Shown: positions 1-10,050 of the stretch, piece after piece
Layout: every line of letters begins with the position of its first letter
Numbering within the stretch: the first letter of the stretch is position 1
Origin: Amphiscolops sp. MND2022
Taxonomy: Eukaryota
Direction of reading: 5' to 3'
DNA length: 64,000 bases
NCBI GenBank assembly: GCA_964187785.1
Contig: OZ076409.1
Location: 98,086,001-98,150,000 of the forward strand
Program-made: the position numbers and the translations under genes
Notes under the pieces: generated by a model
Told to the model about the DNA's origin: nothing
Seen by the model: the letters and a program-made list of their open reading frames with translations, nothing else
The model's database searches: none

Positions 1-2
1 TA

Positions 3-437
3 TCATATGATAAAATGATGTATAAATCGAAAAAGCTCCTTTTCACTTATGAATGGTATAGTAGGATAGTAGCCACTAAAAATGTAATGAGCAATATATA
101 TACAGTAGAGTCCACATAAGTCCGATGATAGTTTCTGCAAGGGTTCCTTGATAAGTTCTCTCACCCCGAAATCTGCAAATGATAGCCTGTCACAAATATG
201 CTTGTAGTAGTGAATAGGTAGCCCAAGTGGATCTGCAAAAACTAGGTCATCATCTTTTTTCCGGCCGAGTAGAACCCAATGAGTGCCTTTTTGATTTGCT
301 TTGTCAGAGTTTACAATCAAGAATGATTGACAATCAATATAAAGGGGAAAGTTGTCTGCTGCATAGACACCTGCAAACTTGTACTTGAGATGTACGCATC
401 TGTTGATTAGACGCCACAATTCTACCTCGGCAATCAT
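3..437 (-). CDS. Adenain-like (adenoviral-type) cysteine maturation protease
   Basis: GTHWVLL (His), FADPLG (Asp), LQ...DLCGLYC (oxyanion Gln, catalytic Cys). Confidence 0.88.
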   Translation of the reverse strand: MIAEVELWRLINRCVHLKYKFAGVYAADNFPLYIDCQSFLIVNSDKANQKGTHWVLLGRKKDDDLVFADPLGLPIHYYKHICDRLSFADFGVRELIKEPLQKLSSDLCGLYCIYIAHYIFSGYYPTIPFISEKELFRFIHHFII

Positions 438-1753
438 TTTTTAGTCTCAATTCCAGTTTCAATGGGACGATTTTTTGAGACTTTTTTCTGCGAATTGATG
501 TAGATAACTGATGATCTCTCCCCCAGGAAAAATATTTCAGTATTTGCTGCCAAACCTGCGGTAAACCGTAGTTCAACAGAGATTGAAGCATTAGTGAGTT
601 CCGGATACAAGTAATCATGCGACGCTTGTTGCGTACTTGTCATGTCGAATACCATGAAATAGTGATCTGTAAATTTGCTGAACGGTATTCCATGTCCATG
701 ATGACCAAAGGCTAATGCCTCAAGTGAATTTAGGTAAAGTTTCTTGTCGTCATCGGTTTGCAAAGGGGTGCCAGCAACTGGGTATCCATTGCGATAAACA
801 GTTATTGTTGCGAGATTGAACTTTTGAAAATGAAACGGGTTGAGTGTTTTACCACCCAGAAATGCTCGGTTTGATGTCATTGCAATAGCAAATCTGCGTA
901 TGGGTTCGCCGTTGAAAATGTTCTCTTGGTTCCAACTGTTGCTGTTTTGCGGCATCAGAAAAGATTTTGGAATTATTTCGGTATAGCGATACATTGCATT
1001 GGTTTTCGTAAGAGCTGCTTTAATCGCTGTGTATACATTCTCAGATACGGTCATTTTGCGCACGTGTAAATTTGCTTGTGTAATTTCAACTTTATAGTCT
1101 TTGGCATCATCGTCGTAAATGACGCAAAACTCTGGTCTTGTTCGAAGAAATGTTAGACGAAGGGTAACTCCACTGAGCAAATGTTTGTCACAGGTAAAGA
1201 AATCAGCGGCGATTTTTCCAATCGAGGTAATTGTATTTGAAGTTCTCGTCTCTTGCTCCCTGCTAGTGAAGGCAGCGGTGGTAAAATCCGAAGGATCTTC
1301 TTCATAGTTGTAACCTTGACATTTCAACCAAGTGTCTTTACTCTCTTTGTTTGTTGAAAACTCAGTTTCCAGGAACGCCTTTGGTGCATAATATCCGTTT
1401 GCAGAGGATATTCTCACCTCATTCGCAACAATATTGCAGTCCGAAAACAGAGAATGCAATGCATTGTTTACAAATATTGGTGAATCAGTGTTTGCAGCAC
1501 TCGTCGCATCATACCGCAAAGCATTACCGTTCCCTCGCTTGATGTTACACTTGACTTCCAGATAAATGTTTTGCAAATCAATAAAATTGGTTCGATCACC
1601 AGTCACCACAAATTCCAAAGTTGGTCCGTTGGGGGCATATAAAGGCCCAATTCGTTGTTCGAATGAGGAATCAAATGTAATCAAGAGTGGCGCTCTTTCG
1701 AAAATGTCTAAAGAGCTATGAGAAGCTTCAACTGGTAGAACGTTAGGCAACAT
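434..1753 (-). CDS. Polinton major capsid protein (hexon-like double jelly-roll)
   Basis: Intact 439-aa beta-rich ORF with LEFVV...FIDLQNIYLEVK, NNALHSLFS and NPFHFQKFNL motifs typical of Polinton MCPs; next to the protease. Confidence 0.82.
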   Translation of the reverse strand: MLPNVLPVEASHSSLDIFERAPLLITFDSSFEQRIGPLYAPNGPTLEFVVTGDRTNFIDLQNIYLEVKCNIKRGNGNALRYDATSAANTDSPIFVNNALHSLFSDCNIVANEVRISSANGYYAPKAFLETEFSTNKESKDTWLKCQGYNYEEDPSDFTTAAFTSREQETRTSNTITSIGKIAADFFTCDKHLLSGVTLRLTFLRTRPEFCVIYDDDAKDYKVEITQANLHVRKMTVSENVYTAIKAALTKTNAMYRYTEIIPKSFLMPQNSNSWNQENIFNGEPIRRFAIAMTSNRAFLGGKTLNPFHFQKFNLATITVYRNGYPVAGTPLQTDDDKKLYLNSLEALAFGHHGHGIPFSKFTDHYFMVFDMTSTQQASHDYLYPELTNASISVELRFTAGLAANTEIFFLGERSSVIYINSQKKVSKNRPIETGIETKK

Positions 1754-2108
1754 TTCTCACTTTTGAAAAGAAATTGGACCGACTTCTCGCTGACTTTCTT
1801 TTTCGTTTAATGACTCGTCGTTTTTTGCGACCTCCAATCTGTTTCTTTATTGTTTTTCTAATGGCTGACTTTGCTGCTTGTTTAGGAGATTTCTTTTTGG
1901 AGACAACTTTTACCAATTCAGGAAGAGTGTTTGCTATCAAGTCTTTACCAATTGATTTGACTGCGGGCAGTAGACACTTTTTCGCGAATGGTAATGCAAC
2001 TCGGCCAACTCCTGCTGCCAAGGAACCGATGCCATTTCCACGTTGACGAGAATAGCCAGTAAAATGAGGTAAAACAGCTTGGCGGGTATAATATGCATCC
2101 ATTTTCAA
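1743..2108 (-). CDS. Small basic virion core/membrane-lytic-like protein
   Basis: RQRGNGIGS followed by an amphipathic helix, QIGG, and an Arg/Lys-rich tail; lies between the capsid genes. Confidence 0.65.
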   Translation of the reverse strand: MKMDAYYTRQAVLPHFTGYSRQRGNGIGSLAAGVGRVALPFAKKCLLPAVKSIGKDLIANTLPELVKVVSKKKSPKQAAKSAIRKTIKKQIGGRKKRRVIKRKRKSARSRSNFFSKVRNVA

Positions 2109-2962
2109 AATTTGCGATATTTCAGAGTCAATGCAACCCTTCCAGTGCCAACAAATGGTACTCTTCGCCCCGTGACTGATATCAATTCAATTTGAATCTC
2201 TTGAATCGTTGTAGTTATCAACTTTTTGAACTGCAGTTCGGTGAAGATCTTGTGGTCTGTAACTGATGAAGTTTTGAGTTTATCTTCAACCACTCGCCGT
2301 GAATTGTCAACAATGCGAAGTAAAGGCGACTTTACTCCAGCAACGTGTTGTTGTTCAATGATGTTCAAGTTTACAAAAAACAGGGACGTAGCAGCTGTTA
2401 GATCAGGCGGGTAAGTGTTTTTGATTGGCTGCTGCATTGTAGCTACATTTTGGTTGCTTCCAATAAAGAACCCTCCTCGATTCGGATCTGGCACTCCCTG
2501 AATTCCCAAGACGTCCAAGAGGCTCCGATCTCGGACACTTATACCATATCCATCTTTAAAGTTGAGTTCAACGCTGTCCTCCTCGAATAACGCAGAGGTC
2601 AAAGGTTTTTTAGTTTCAGTTCCCTTTTCAAGTTTATTGAGAATACTTTTGATAGTGATATACTCTCCGGCATCAAATTCTGCATTGTCAGACCAATCCT
2701 CTTGTCTCACCACTAGGCCTGCTCCGTCTCCCCTCATTGTCACTGGTGTGCTGTCATATGGAGTTTTAGGAGTGTAAATCATGTAGTCAGTTGTCGTGAT
2801 GTTTTTTACATTGGTTGGGTGAATAATTTCGGCCAACGCTACTCTCCAATCACCTTCCAAGTTGATTGGATGAGCCAGCAAGTTTCTGAATACGGACATT
2901 GTGTTATCCTTGTAAATGTTCATGGAGCCTGTAGACTCGAGATAAATGTCAAACTCGTCCAT
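2105..2962 (-). CDS. Polinton minor capsid protein (penton-like)
   Basis: NTMSVFRNLLAHPINLEGDWRVALAEI N-terminus and SPLLRIV...IQIEL...VALTLKYRK C-terminus. Confidence 0.78.
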   Translation of the reverse strand: MDEFDIYLESTGSMNIYKDNTMSVFRNLLAHPINLEGDWRVALAEIIHPTNVKNITTTDYMIYTPKTPYDSTPVTMRGDGAGLVVRQEDWSDNAEFDAGEYITIKSILNKLEKGTETKKPLTSALFEEDSVELNFKDGYGISVRDRSLLDVLGIQGVPDPNRGGFFIGSNQNVATMQQPIKNTYPPDLTAATSLFFVNLNIIEQQHVAGVKSPLLRIVDNSRRVVEDKLKTSSVTDHKIFTELQFKKLITTTIQEIQIELISVTGRRVPFVGTGRVALTLKYRKF

Positions 2963-2983
2963 TTGTTTTGGTTAGTTCCGGCT

Positions 2984-3857
2984 CTAAAATTTGCCTTGAA
3001 TAATTTCACCGTCAGCGTCTGTCAGGTTGCATGTGGGTGGATTGAATGTTGCAATTCTTCTGATGGTAAATATCTCGTCAGTAAAATTTTGTTTGTACCC
3101 TTTTTTGAATGGTAAATCTTGCTTTGCTATCCGAACTGTGTCTCCAACTTCAAATCGAGGTTTTTCAACCAATTTTGCTGATTTTTCCGCTGCAAGAGAT
3201 CGTAACAGAGGTACGTGTTTTTTAGTAACTTTGTTTGGTGCCAACTTTGTCACTCGATTGAGTGAGTTGATGGTGTCAACAAACTGACTCAACTTGTTTA
3301 TGTAATGGTAAGTCCATTTGTGTTCCAAATGTTTGTAAATAATATTTTTGAGCGACCTAATGTTCCTTTCAGCGTACGCTGACTTTGTTTCACTTTGAGT
3401 TGTGTACGTCTCTATTCCCTCTTGATCGCAAAGGTTCTTGAAGGCGCCTTTGAATTCTGTTCCTTTATCCGTCCAAACTTTTTGAGGCTTTTGTTTTTGA
3501 ATCATTTTTCTGAAGGTTCGTGCTGTTTCCTCGGCACTCTTCGACCTCATTGGTGATACTCGGAGATATCGTGACAAAACATCCACTGCTACAAGCAAAT
3601 ATTTCACACCATTGTTGTATTTTGCCAACTTGTCCACATAAGCAACATCGATTGACCATATTTCGTTAATGTCGTAAGCAATTACTTTGAGGCGAGGAAA
3701 GTTTCTCCGAACTTGTCTATATTTTGTGTGGGCATTCTTTGTCTGTAAAAAGTTCTCTATTTTTTCCTCGGTAGTTTTGTTGCTTTTTGTAGGTTGTCGA
3801 TACTTCCATATGCAGCACTGCCCTTAGTGTAAAATTGTTCCAAGACTCTCGAATCAT
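2984..3857 (-). pseudogene. Polinton retroviral-like DDE integrase, frameshifted
   Basis: WSID, VDVLSRY, TDKGTEF and AERNIRSLK motifs; frameshift in the A-run near 3762 and at the C-terminal GKF(Y)EPEL. Confidence 0.88.
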
Positions 3858-4486
3858 TCTGAGAGACTTTCCCAGCCTTTCTCAATTTCTTCTTCTTCAG
3901 AATCTTCGCTAGGTTGCTGCTCATCCTGTCGTTTCACTTTCATTGATACAGGTTTTGGGCTTTTTGGTTTCAGAACAGCTCTAGAGCGTTTTGGCTTTAC
4001 AATCTGCTTTGCTTCGGTATTTTCCACCAATTGAGGTGATATGTCCCGTCTATCTAGTATTCGTTTATAGTCAGGATCTCTACGGGAAAGGTTGGTCCGG
4101 CTTTGTTGAATATCAAAAAGGAAGGTGTTTGCATCGACTGCTGTTGTTCGGTCATCAATCTTAACTTTGCCATCATCATCAATGGAAATTTTGTCGCTGC
4201 TGGTAATTTTGTCCAATATCGACTTTGACTTTTCCTTCTTTGAGGGTTTGAGCATAGACAATGATTTGAGTACTCTTGTTTTAATGTCTTCTGGCTTGGT
4301 CTCAGTTTTTGATACAGTCTCTAATTTCTTTTTCCTTCCAGGTTCACGTTGCAGGATAGTCAAAAGTTTCGCCTTTTCAACAGCTGTAGGTTCATCCAAC
4401 ACATCCAATGCTCTTGGTTGTTTCTTGATGTAACTGTCTTTAGGATTCAGTATAAATTCTTGAGCGCTCATTTTGTCAAATAACAA
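3854..4486 (-). CDS. Polinton hypothetical protein (Lys-rich, acidic C-terminus)
   Basis: 210-aa ORF co-oriented between ATPase and integrase. Confidence 0.6.
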   Translation of the reverse strand: MLFDKMSAQEFILNPKDSYIKKQPRALDVLDEPTAVEKAKLLTILQREPGRKKKLETVSKTETKPEDIKTRVLKSLSMLKPSKKEKSKSILDKITSSDKISIDDDGKVKIDDRTTAVDANTFLFDIQQSRTNLSRRDPDYKRILDRRDISPQLVENTEAKQIVKPKRSRAVLKPKSPKPVSMKVKRQDEQQPSEDSEEEEIEKGWESLSE

Positions 4487-4770
4487 CAGGATTCACCAAT
4501 CTCTTGCAATAATTTGATTCCCTTTGCTATAGAAAGAACTTGTCGTCGCTTCTGTCGGCTAGTTGAATGATTACACAAAATTTTCAATTCCTTTCCGAAG
4601 GGTAACAAATTTTCAACTGGGAATTGAATGTTTCCATTAATAATGTTAACAGCGCACTCGCACAGAAACTTGATTGTCTTGTCACTGCAGCTATGCAAAA
4701 TTTTTCGCAAATGTTTGCTTTTCTTGTTTTTCTGCCAATGCTTCAGTATATGCAAGTTTTTCTCGTTCAT
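4468..4770 (-). CDS. Small Polinton conserved-type protein
   Basis: IKFLCECAVNIINGNI motif of the small ORF usually following the Polinton ATPase. Confidence 0.6.
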   Translation of the reverse strand: MNEKNLHILKHWQKNKKSKHLRKILHSCSDKTIKFLCECAVNIINGNIQFPVENLLPFGKELKILCNHSTSRQKRRQVLSIAKGIKLLQEIGESCCYLTK

Positions 4771-5418
4771 TCGTGAGAGGTGTTTCTTTCGCTAATGACG
4801 GTGGAATGTAAAAGTCAGTTGGCCCCGGTCCCACAATGTTGGAGCAATAACGCAAAGAGTCACTTGTTCGTGGGTCAAAGTCAATCATGAAATGAACGAA
4901 TGGTTCATTTGTGGCCTTTTTATAGCAATCTCGAATAAATTCTGTATTGTTCAACTGTCTACCAAAAACATCAATTTGTTGTACATCCCGTGGTGATTTG
5001 AAGAGAATGATATGAGTCGTGTTGAGATCAATTGTGCGTGACCACTTGCTCTGGTGAAACAAATTATGTTTGACAAAAATGCAATTCACCTTTTTATGTC
5101 GACCAGAGACTGCAAGTTTTACAAACTCGTTCTCCTGATAGATCTCTTCGCAAGAGTCATCAAAAACCAATAGACAATTTTCAAGGTTTTTAATCATTTC
5201 AAACTCTAAGCATGGTAGGAATTCTATATCTTCGATCTTGTCTTGCATTTCTTTGAACAGTGGTTGGTACTCTTTGTAAAAGTAGTAAATTTTACCGAGA
5301 GCTGGTTTGAACGTCGTTGGTGAAGCCAGCATTTTGAAATCAGTTGAGTTTTACCAGAACCGCTTGGTCCTACCACTGACATGAAGAGTCGGTCGTTTGC
5401 GAAGATGATTTTGTTCAT
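4691..5418 (-). pseudogene. A32/FtsK-like genome-packaging ATPase, frameshifted near 5335
   Basis: Walker A GPSGSGKT (ORF 5224..5472, ATG 5418) and Walker B LLVFDD plus SGRH arginine finger (ORF 4691..5332) lie in different frames. Confidence 0.88.
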
Positions 5419-5690
5419 AGTTTTGGGTTTGGTAGTGCGTAACCAACTGCTGCCGATAACAGGACCACCCAAAATGACATGTCTTCACAGGATGGTTTAT
5501 CAAGTGCAATTTTCAAGAGACTTGTGACTACTATTATGAAAATTAATGCTGCCTGGGTAAAAAATACAACTTCGGATCGTGGTAAAGTTACTGAATTACA
5601 AAACCTCCACAAGGAATTTTCGCTTGAGCTGTTTTCAATGGTGTCTTCTACTGCTATGCAATCGGCTATATCAACCGCTTGCTCTTCCAT
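5415..5690 (-). CDS. Small two-transmembrane protein
   Basis: Two hydrophobic segments; ends VGYALPNPKL; overlaps the ATPase start. Confidence 0.6.
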   Translation of the reverse strand: MEEQAVDIADCIAVEDTIENSSSENSLWRFCNSVTLPRSEVVFFTQAALIFIIVVTSLLKIALDKPSCEDMSFWVVLLSAAVGYALPNPKL

Positions 5691-5748
5691 TTCGATAAAA
5701 AATGATTTTTATTTTTAAATCTTTTTGGTTCTCACATATACAAACAAG

Positions 5749-6018
5749 TCATACATCACAAGTATAAAAAATGTATTTATTAAAAGCATCACTAGATTTT
5801 ATTGTTATCCGAAAATCATAAGTTTTCCTCTTCGCATCAGATTGGTACATTGCAATTTGTGTTACTCCGGGTGTACATTGAATTTCTTCTGCAATTTGTT
5901 TGGGTAGCCGCGTATCATTTGGTCCTGACAAGATGATCGCTTTGCTAATGTTATTGGGCAGTCGAATAGGTTGAATATTTCTTTCTTTCATCAAGTTTTG
6001 CAATCGTTGGTTTGGCAT
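5749..6018 (-). CDS. Hypothetical Polinton protein
   Basis: 89-aa co-oriented ORF. Confidence 0.4.
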   Translation of the reverse strand: MPNQRLQNLMKERNIQPIRLPNNISKAIILSGPNDTRLPKQIAEEIQCTPGVTQIAMYQSDAKRKTYDFRITIKSSDAFNKYIFYTCDV

Positions 6019-6301
6019 GATTACTATTAAATGTAGCAGTATAATTGAATACGGTGTCTGTTGACAATAAGGCAGCTTTGAGACAATTGTATTCTTCTAA
6101 AGTCAACTGAATTACTGCTTTCTTGAGAACGTTATGACCAGTAATCTGAGCTATTTCTTCGTTCACAAGACTAATTTCAACGTGGTGTAAACTGGCATTA
6201 TCTCCCACTGCCATTGGATGAGCGGTTGTTTGCATGATCAGTGTCAGATTCTGGGAGAGAGGTAGCTGTAAAACTTGGGCTTTGTAGGGTGACACAGCCA
6301 T
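5951..6301 (-). CDS. Hypothetical Polinton protein
   Basis: 116-aa ATG-initiated co-oriented ORF. Confidence 0.45.
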   Translation of the reverse strand: MAVSPYKAQVLQLPLSQNLTLIMQTTAHPMAVGDNASLHHVEISLVNEEIAQITGHNVLKKAVIQLTLEEYNCLKAALLSTDTVFNYTATFNSNHAKPTIAKLDERKKYSTYSTAQ

Positions 6302-6368
6302 TTCTGTTAATTTGATTCAACAACCAACAGTAGAATAAGTAAGCTTTCTTTTTTGAGCAGTGATCAAA

Positions 6369-6797
6369 CTAGTAGTCGGGATGGATATGGTTGGTACAGA
6401 TTGTATTTTCAAATTTGACGAATTCGGTTACTTTTGGACAACCAACCAATTCCAAGTCGACAGTGTTGAATAAATGACTGCGTAAGTAGCTGCACTTGGC
6501 TTCGCCTTTTGCATAGAACACTGCGTTTGGGAAGCGAATTTTCAAACTGGTAAAGAATTGGTAGATAAATGAGTAGTCGTGAGTTCCAGAGTTCCAGTCT
6601 AGACCATGCAAATGTTTGCTGCACCAAAGGTATGTACGTCTTCTCTCCGCGGGTACTTGATCAATGTGACACTGTGGCTTCAATAGTAATGTATCTTGAT
6701 ATGAAGGACCAAAAACTGAAATTTCTTTTATCAAGTATGGATCGTTTTTGTGCTTCAAACCTTCAAAGTCGATGACAACGTAATCCAATTTTATCAT
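6369..6797 (-). CDS. DEDD-type 3'-5' exonuclease-like protein
   Basis: YVVIDFEG (Exo I DxE), LIKEISV and HLHGLDWNSG motifs; probable ATG at 6797 inside ORF 6369..7025. Confidence 0.6.
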   Translation of the reverse strand: MIKLDYVVIDFEGLKHKNDPYLIKEISVFGPSYQDTLLLKPQCHIDQVPAERRRTYLWCSKHLHGLDWNSGTHDYSFIYQFFTSLKIRFPNAVFYAKGEAKCSYLRSHLFNTVDLELVGCPKVTEFVKFENTICTNHIHPDY

Positions 6798-7101
6798 TGT
6801 ATGCTCCGGATGCAGTGTGTTGAAACAAATTTTACTGCTTATGAAAATTGTAATGCTTTCGAATCGAGTTGACCGAGATCTTGGGTGTTTGTTTTTAAAA
6901 GACAAGCTAATCGATAAACTTTGCTCGTCTTGAAGATCCAGCAGTTCTGATTCTGGATGAAACTCTGTCAAGCTTGCGGAATGAATTGATATCAACCAAT
7001 AGGCGATTTTTGTGGTATACACCAATCATGTTGCCACAGAATTGTCCTTAAGGCTGAGAATTTGCAATCCAATGCCTAAAGGTTGGTGTTACCGAATACG
7101 T

Positions 7102-7564
7102 TCAGCATTCCAGCAACCAGAATTCATCATAGTATTGAATTCTGTACCGCAATGCTAGACATGTTGCTCTCACTGCACCAATGGTTCTGTACTGATGTTT
7201 CCGTTCACAATCAACGCCTTTCGCAATTAATCCATGATGAACAGCCAACAATCGTGTTGCTTCTTGTATGATTTTCACTAGGCGATAAATTTTTGAGTTT
7301 GTACAGCCAGTTGAATCGGGGTAGTTGTATTTTGTCTTCCAGCAGCTCGAATATACCTCGTTTTTGTATTTGTCTGCAAAGTCCCATGACATAATTCCGG
7401 AATCGAATGCTACGATCTCTAGTGTATACTTTTCGACAAGCTAATGCCTTTGATTCCAAGTATCTAATGTCATCGATTGAACAATTTATTTGCATTCTTC
7501 TACCATGCATAGCGTCGACCGTTTCTCGTGACGTGATTGACGAAAATGAATCTAATGGTACCAC
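7102..7564 (-). CDS. Hypothetical overlapping ORFs (possibly one frameshifted gene)
   Basis: ORFs 7211..7564 and 7102..7392, co-oriented with the viral cluster. Confidence 0.35.
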
Positions 7565-7866
7565 AGGTTTTTTTCACAACGTTTACCACCGTAATGACCA
7601 GGACATTGGCAAGCTATAACTCCTACGTCTTCAACTATGAAACATATTCCTCCATTCTGACAGTATCCTTCCGAGTCTTTTGCGCATGTGGTTCCGTTGT
7701 GAGTAGGTGATGAAAAATATTCAACTGTGTGGTAATAGTCATGTTCATGATCGTCTGTGTGGATTGATGGTACTAATATTGTAACGGTGTAAAATAACGT
7801 CAAGGCAATTAAAATGAAAGTTACAAAGACAATGGAAAATCGAACAAGCAACTGTCGTTGATTCAT
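7552..7866 (-). CDS. Membrane-anchored or secreted EGF-like growth factor homolog
   Basis: N-terminal hydrophobic anchor; six-Cys EGF pattern C-x6-C-x5-C-x10-C-x-C-x8-C with YCQNGGIC and YGGKRC. Confidence 0.85.
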   Translation of the reverse strand: MNQRQLLVRFSIVFVTFILIALTLFYTVTILVPSIHTDDHEHDYYHTVEYFSSPTHNGTTCAKDSEGYCQNGGICFIVEDVGVIACQCPGHYGGKRCEKNLWYH

Positions 7867-7999
7867 TTTTGATGATAATGAACTTGATGGTTTTGTCTCA
7901 TGCTGTTTCCAGTCTCACACTAAAAATTGACCTCTATAGGTTATTGCATTGCAACGAGCTTTCAACGCTTTATATTAAAGTACAATTCAAGCTATTTCA

Positions 8000-8079
8000 G
8001 CTCACCGTGGCCCAGCGGTAAGCCATCTGACTCCGACCCCACAGGCCCGAGTTCGAGCGGCACCAACCAAATTGTTTTT
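8000..8079 (+). ncRNA. Putative Pol III type-2 (tRNA-like) transcription unit near the Polinton end
   Basis: A box TGGCCCAGCGG (8008-8018), B box GTTCGAGC (8051-8058), TTTTT terminator at 8075-8079; no full cloverleaf. Confidence 0.45.
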
Positions 8080-9969
8080 CTACTTTAATTTAGGACCCGA
8101 CTATGCTGAAAACTGAGGGCATACACACCACCACTACTAATTGCTCTGGTCAATCAGCCTACATCTTCAACTCTTTGGGCGAGAAAACGGGCAGTACAGA
8201 CTGGGCCTATTACACGGCCCCAACAAGCTCATATACTAAAGAGAAGGAAAATCACGGAACATGTTATTGATGAAACAAATTAGGAAAACATTTGCTCACC
8301 TTAAGCTCAACAGGACTCTCTATTTGCCTTTTCCTCGTAGATTTTGCAGATTTGTCATCTTTGTATGATATCTCCGATGGAGGCCTGGCGTCAGTTAACT
8401 GCCTTCTGAAGGTAGCATTGAAAGAACAAGTCCGAGATGGAGAAAATGTATAGAGATAGACACCATGTCTTGCGAGCTTCTGGATATTCATCCTGAGATC
8501 CCGCAAAAGTTAAAAGATGCTAGAATTTTTCATGTCTGAACGACAAACTTCATTGCTATCCTGGCCACATTAGCCATACAATCATAAATTTCCTACCATA
8601 GTAATCTGAAAGCATATTTCTGATTGACAGATTGTCGTCATTGTTCTTCCATGCTGGTCATCATGTTAGGAGAGATGGCATTAACTGTGGTCTGCAAACA
8701 AGAGGAAACACCGAGGGAAAATAAAAATCGAGACTTATAACTCAGGCCAGCCACTATACCAGTAGACCGCTAAAACAAAAAACTGCCGAAACCACGATAA
8801 TAATATTCCACCACTAATCCACTACACTCCAGTAGACCTGTCGTGAAGTTTGCATCACATACTTGCTGCAAGATTCAACAAAGAAAAAAGTTAGAGTAGA
8901 CCTTAATGGAAAATATTTTTCGAAAAACAAAGTTGGAGCCGTTTTCTTTCCCATTTGGTAAACATGACATCAGATAATAATTTATTCAATTTATACGAAA
9001 GTCCTAAATTTTATGAAAATCTTAAATTACGCTTCCTATGCTCCACAAGTTCTTTTTATGAGTTTAGTAAATTAGCGTCTTCTCTTCTTGATGGAAGTTT
9101 CACAATCTCAGGCCGATCTAGGGGCGCGAAAACGTCTAATGAATAACGTCTAATAAGTCCATCGCAAATAACGTGCAAAGGAAAAACATCTAAACTGAAA
9201 AAAACGTCTAAAAATTCGGGAATAATGTTCAAATTAATTGCACTATCTGCTATCATGGATCTTTGTCATCAATCAAGTGCCATGTGTCATCAAGTTGGGG
9301 GGAGAAGACACACCAGTGGTCTGCAACGAAAGGAGGAAACCGCATACCAGTCACTATCCCAGTAACAAGAAAAAACAACCAACAAACTACTCATGCCGGC
9401 CACTATCCCAGTTCACCGGTAGAAACGAGTTTCAAAAAAAAGCTGCAATGATATACAGGTTTACCAAAAATATTTTTTTTCTTTCATCTATCAGATATCA
9501 TGGATCTTCGTCATCAATCAAGTGCCATGTGTATCATCATGTTGGGGAGAAGACACACACCCGTGGTCCGCAACGAAAGTAGGGAACCCCATACCAGCCA
9601 CTATACCAAAAGACCAGTAACAAAAAAAACAACAAACAAACTACTCAAACCAGCCACTATGCAACCGACCGGTAGAAATTTTTGGGTGGCTGTAAATAGG
9701 TCGAATTTTTCTGGTCGAAAGGACAGAGGTCGACCCTTTTGATCGAATTGCAGGGATCGAATGCGGTCGAATTTTAACGTATTTGTTGAATGGCTCGGTC
9801 GCTTCGCTCCCTTCGCCAAGTAGCAACATTGAGGCATGGCCATATGGCACGTCGCTCCGCTTCGCTTCGCTCCTGCATTCAGGTCACTAGGGGTATGTGA
9901 ACATATCTGACTACGTTAGATAACAACGGCGTTGTTAGTGATAAGTCGAATGATTGGTGAGATTAAATA

Positions 9970-10050
9970 AGCCATTTGGTCTAAGGGTTAAGGCGCTCGA
10001 CTGCTAGCTAGATCTGTCTTGAGATGCAGGTTCGAGTCCTGTAATGGCTA
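9970..10050 (+). tRNA. tRNA-Ser(GCT)-like gene in the TRIM 5' LTR
   Basis: Acceptor stem AGCCATT/AATGGCT, A box, CT-GCT-AG loop with poorly paired stem, long variable arm, T arm GCAGG-TTCGAGT-CCTGT, TTTT terminator. Confidence 0.7.

Larger units (their letters stand above)
1..8138 (-). mobile_element. Polinton/Maverick (adintovirus-like) endogenous DNA virus/transposon, right part; left part and pPolB not in window
   Basis: Co-oriented, tightly packed adenain protease, capsid-like genes, DDE integrase and A32-type ATPase; candidate terminus ...CACACCACCACTACT at 8138 (5'-AGTAGT on minus strand). Confidence 0.9.

Noticed and set aside
8139..8760. Short minus-strand ORFs right of the Polinton end
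   Set aside because: Multiple stops and no recognisable motif; cannot be assigned
9970..10050. Functional decoding tRNA-Ser gene
   Set aside because: Anticodon stem is largely unpaired and the gene sits inside LTRs; treated as tRNA-like
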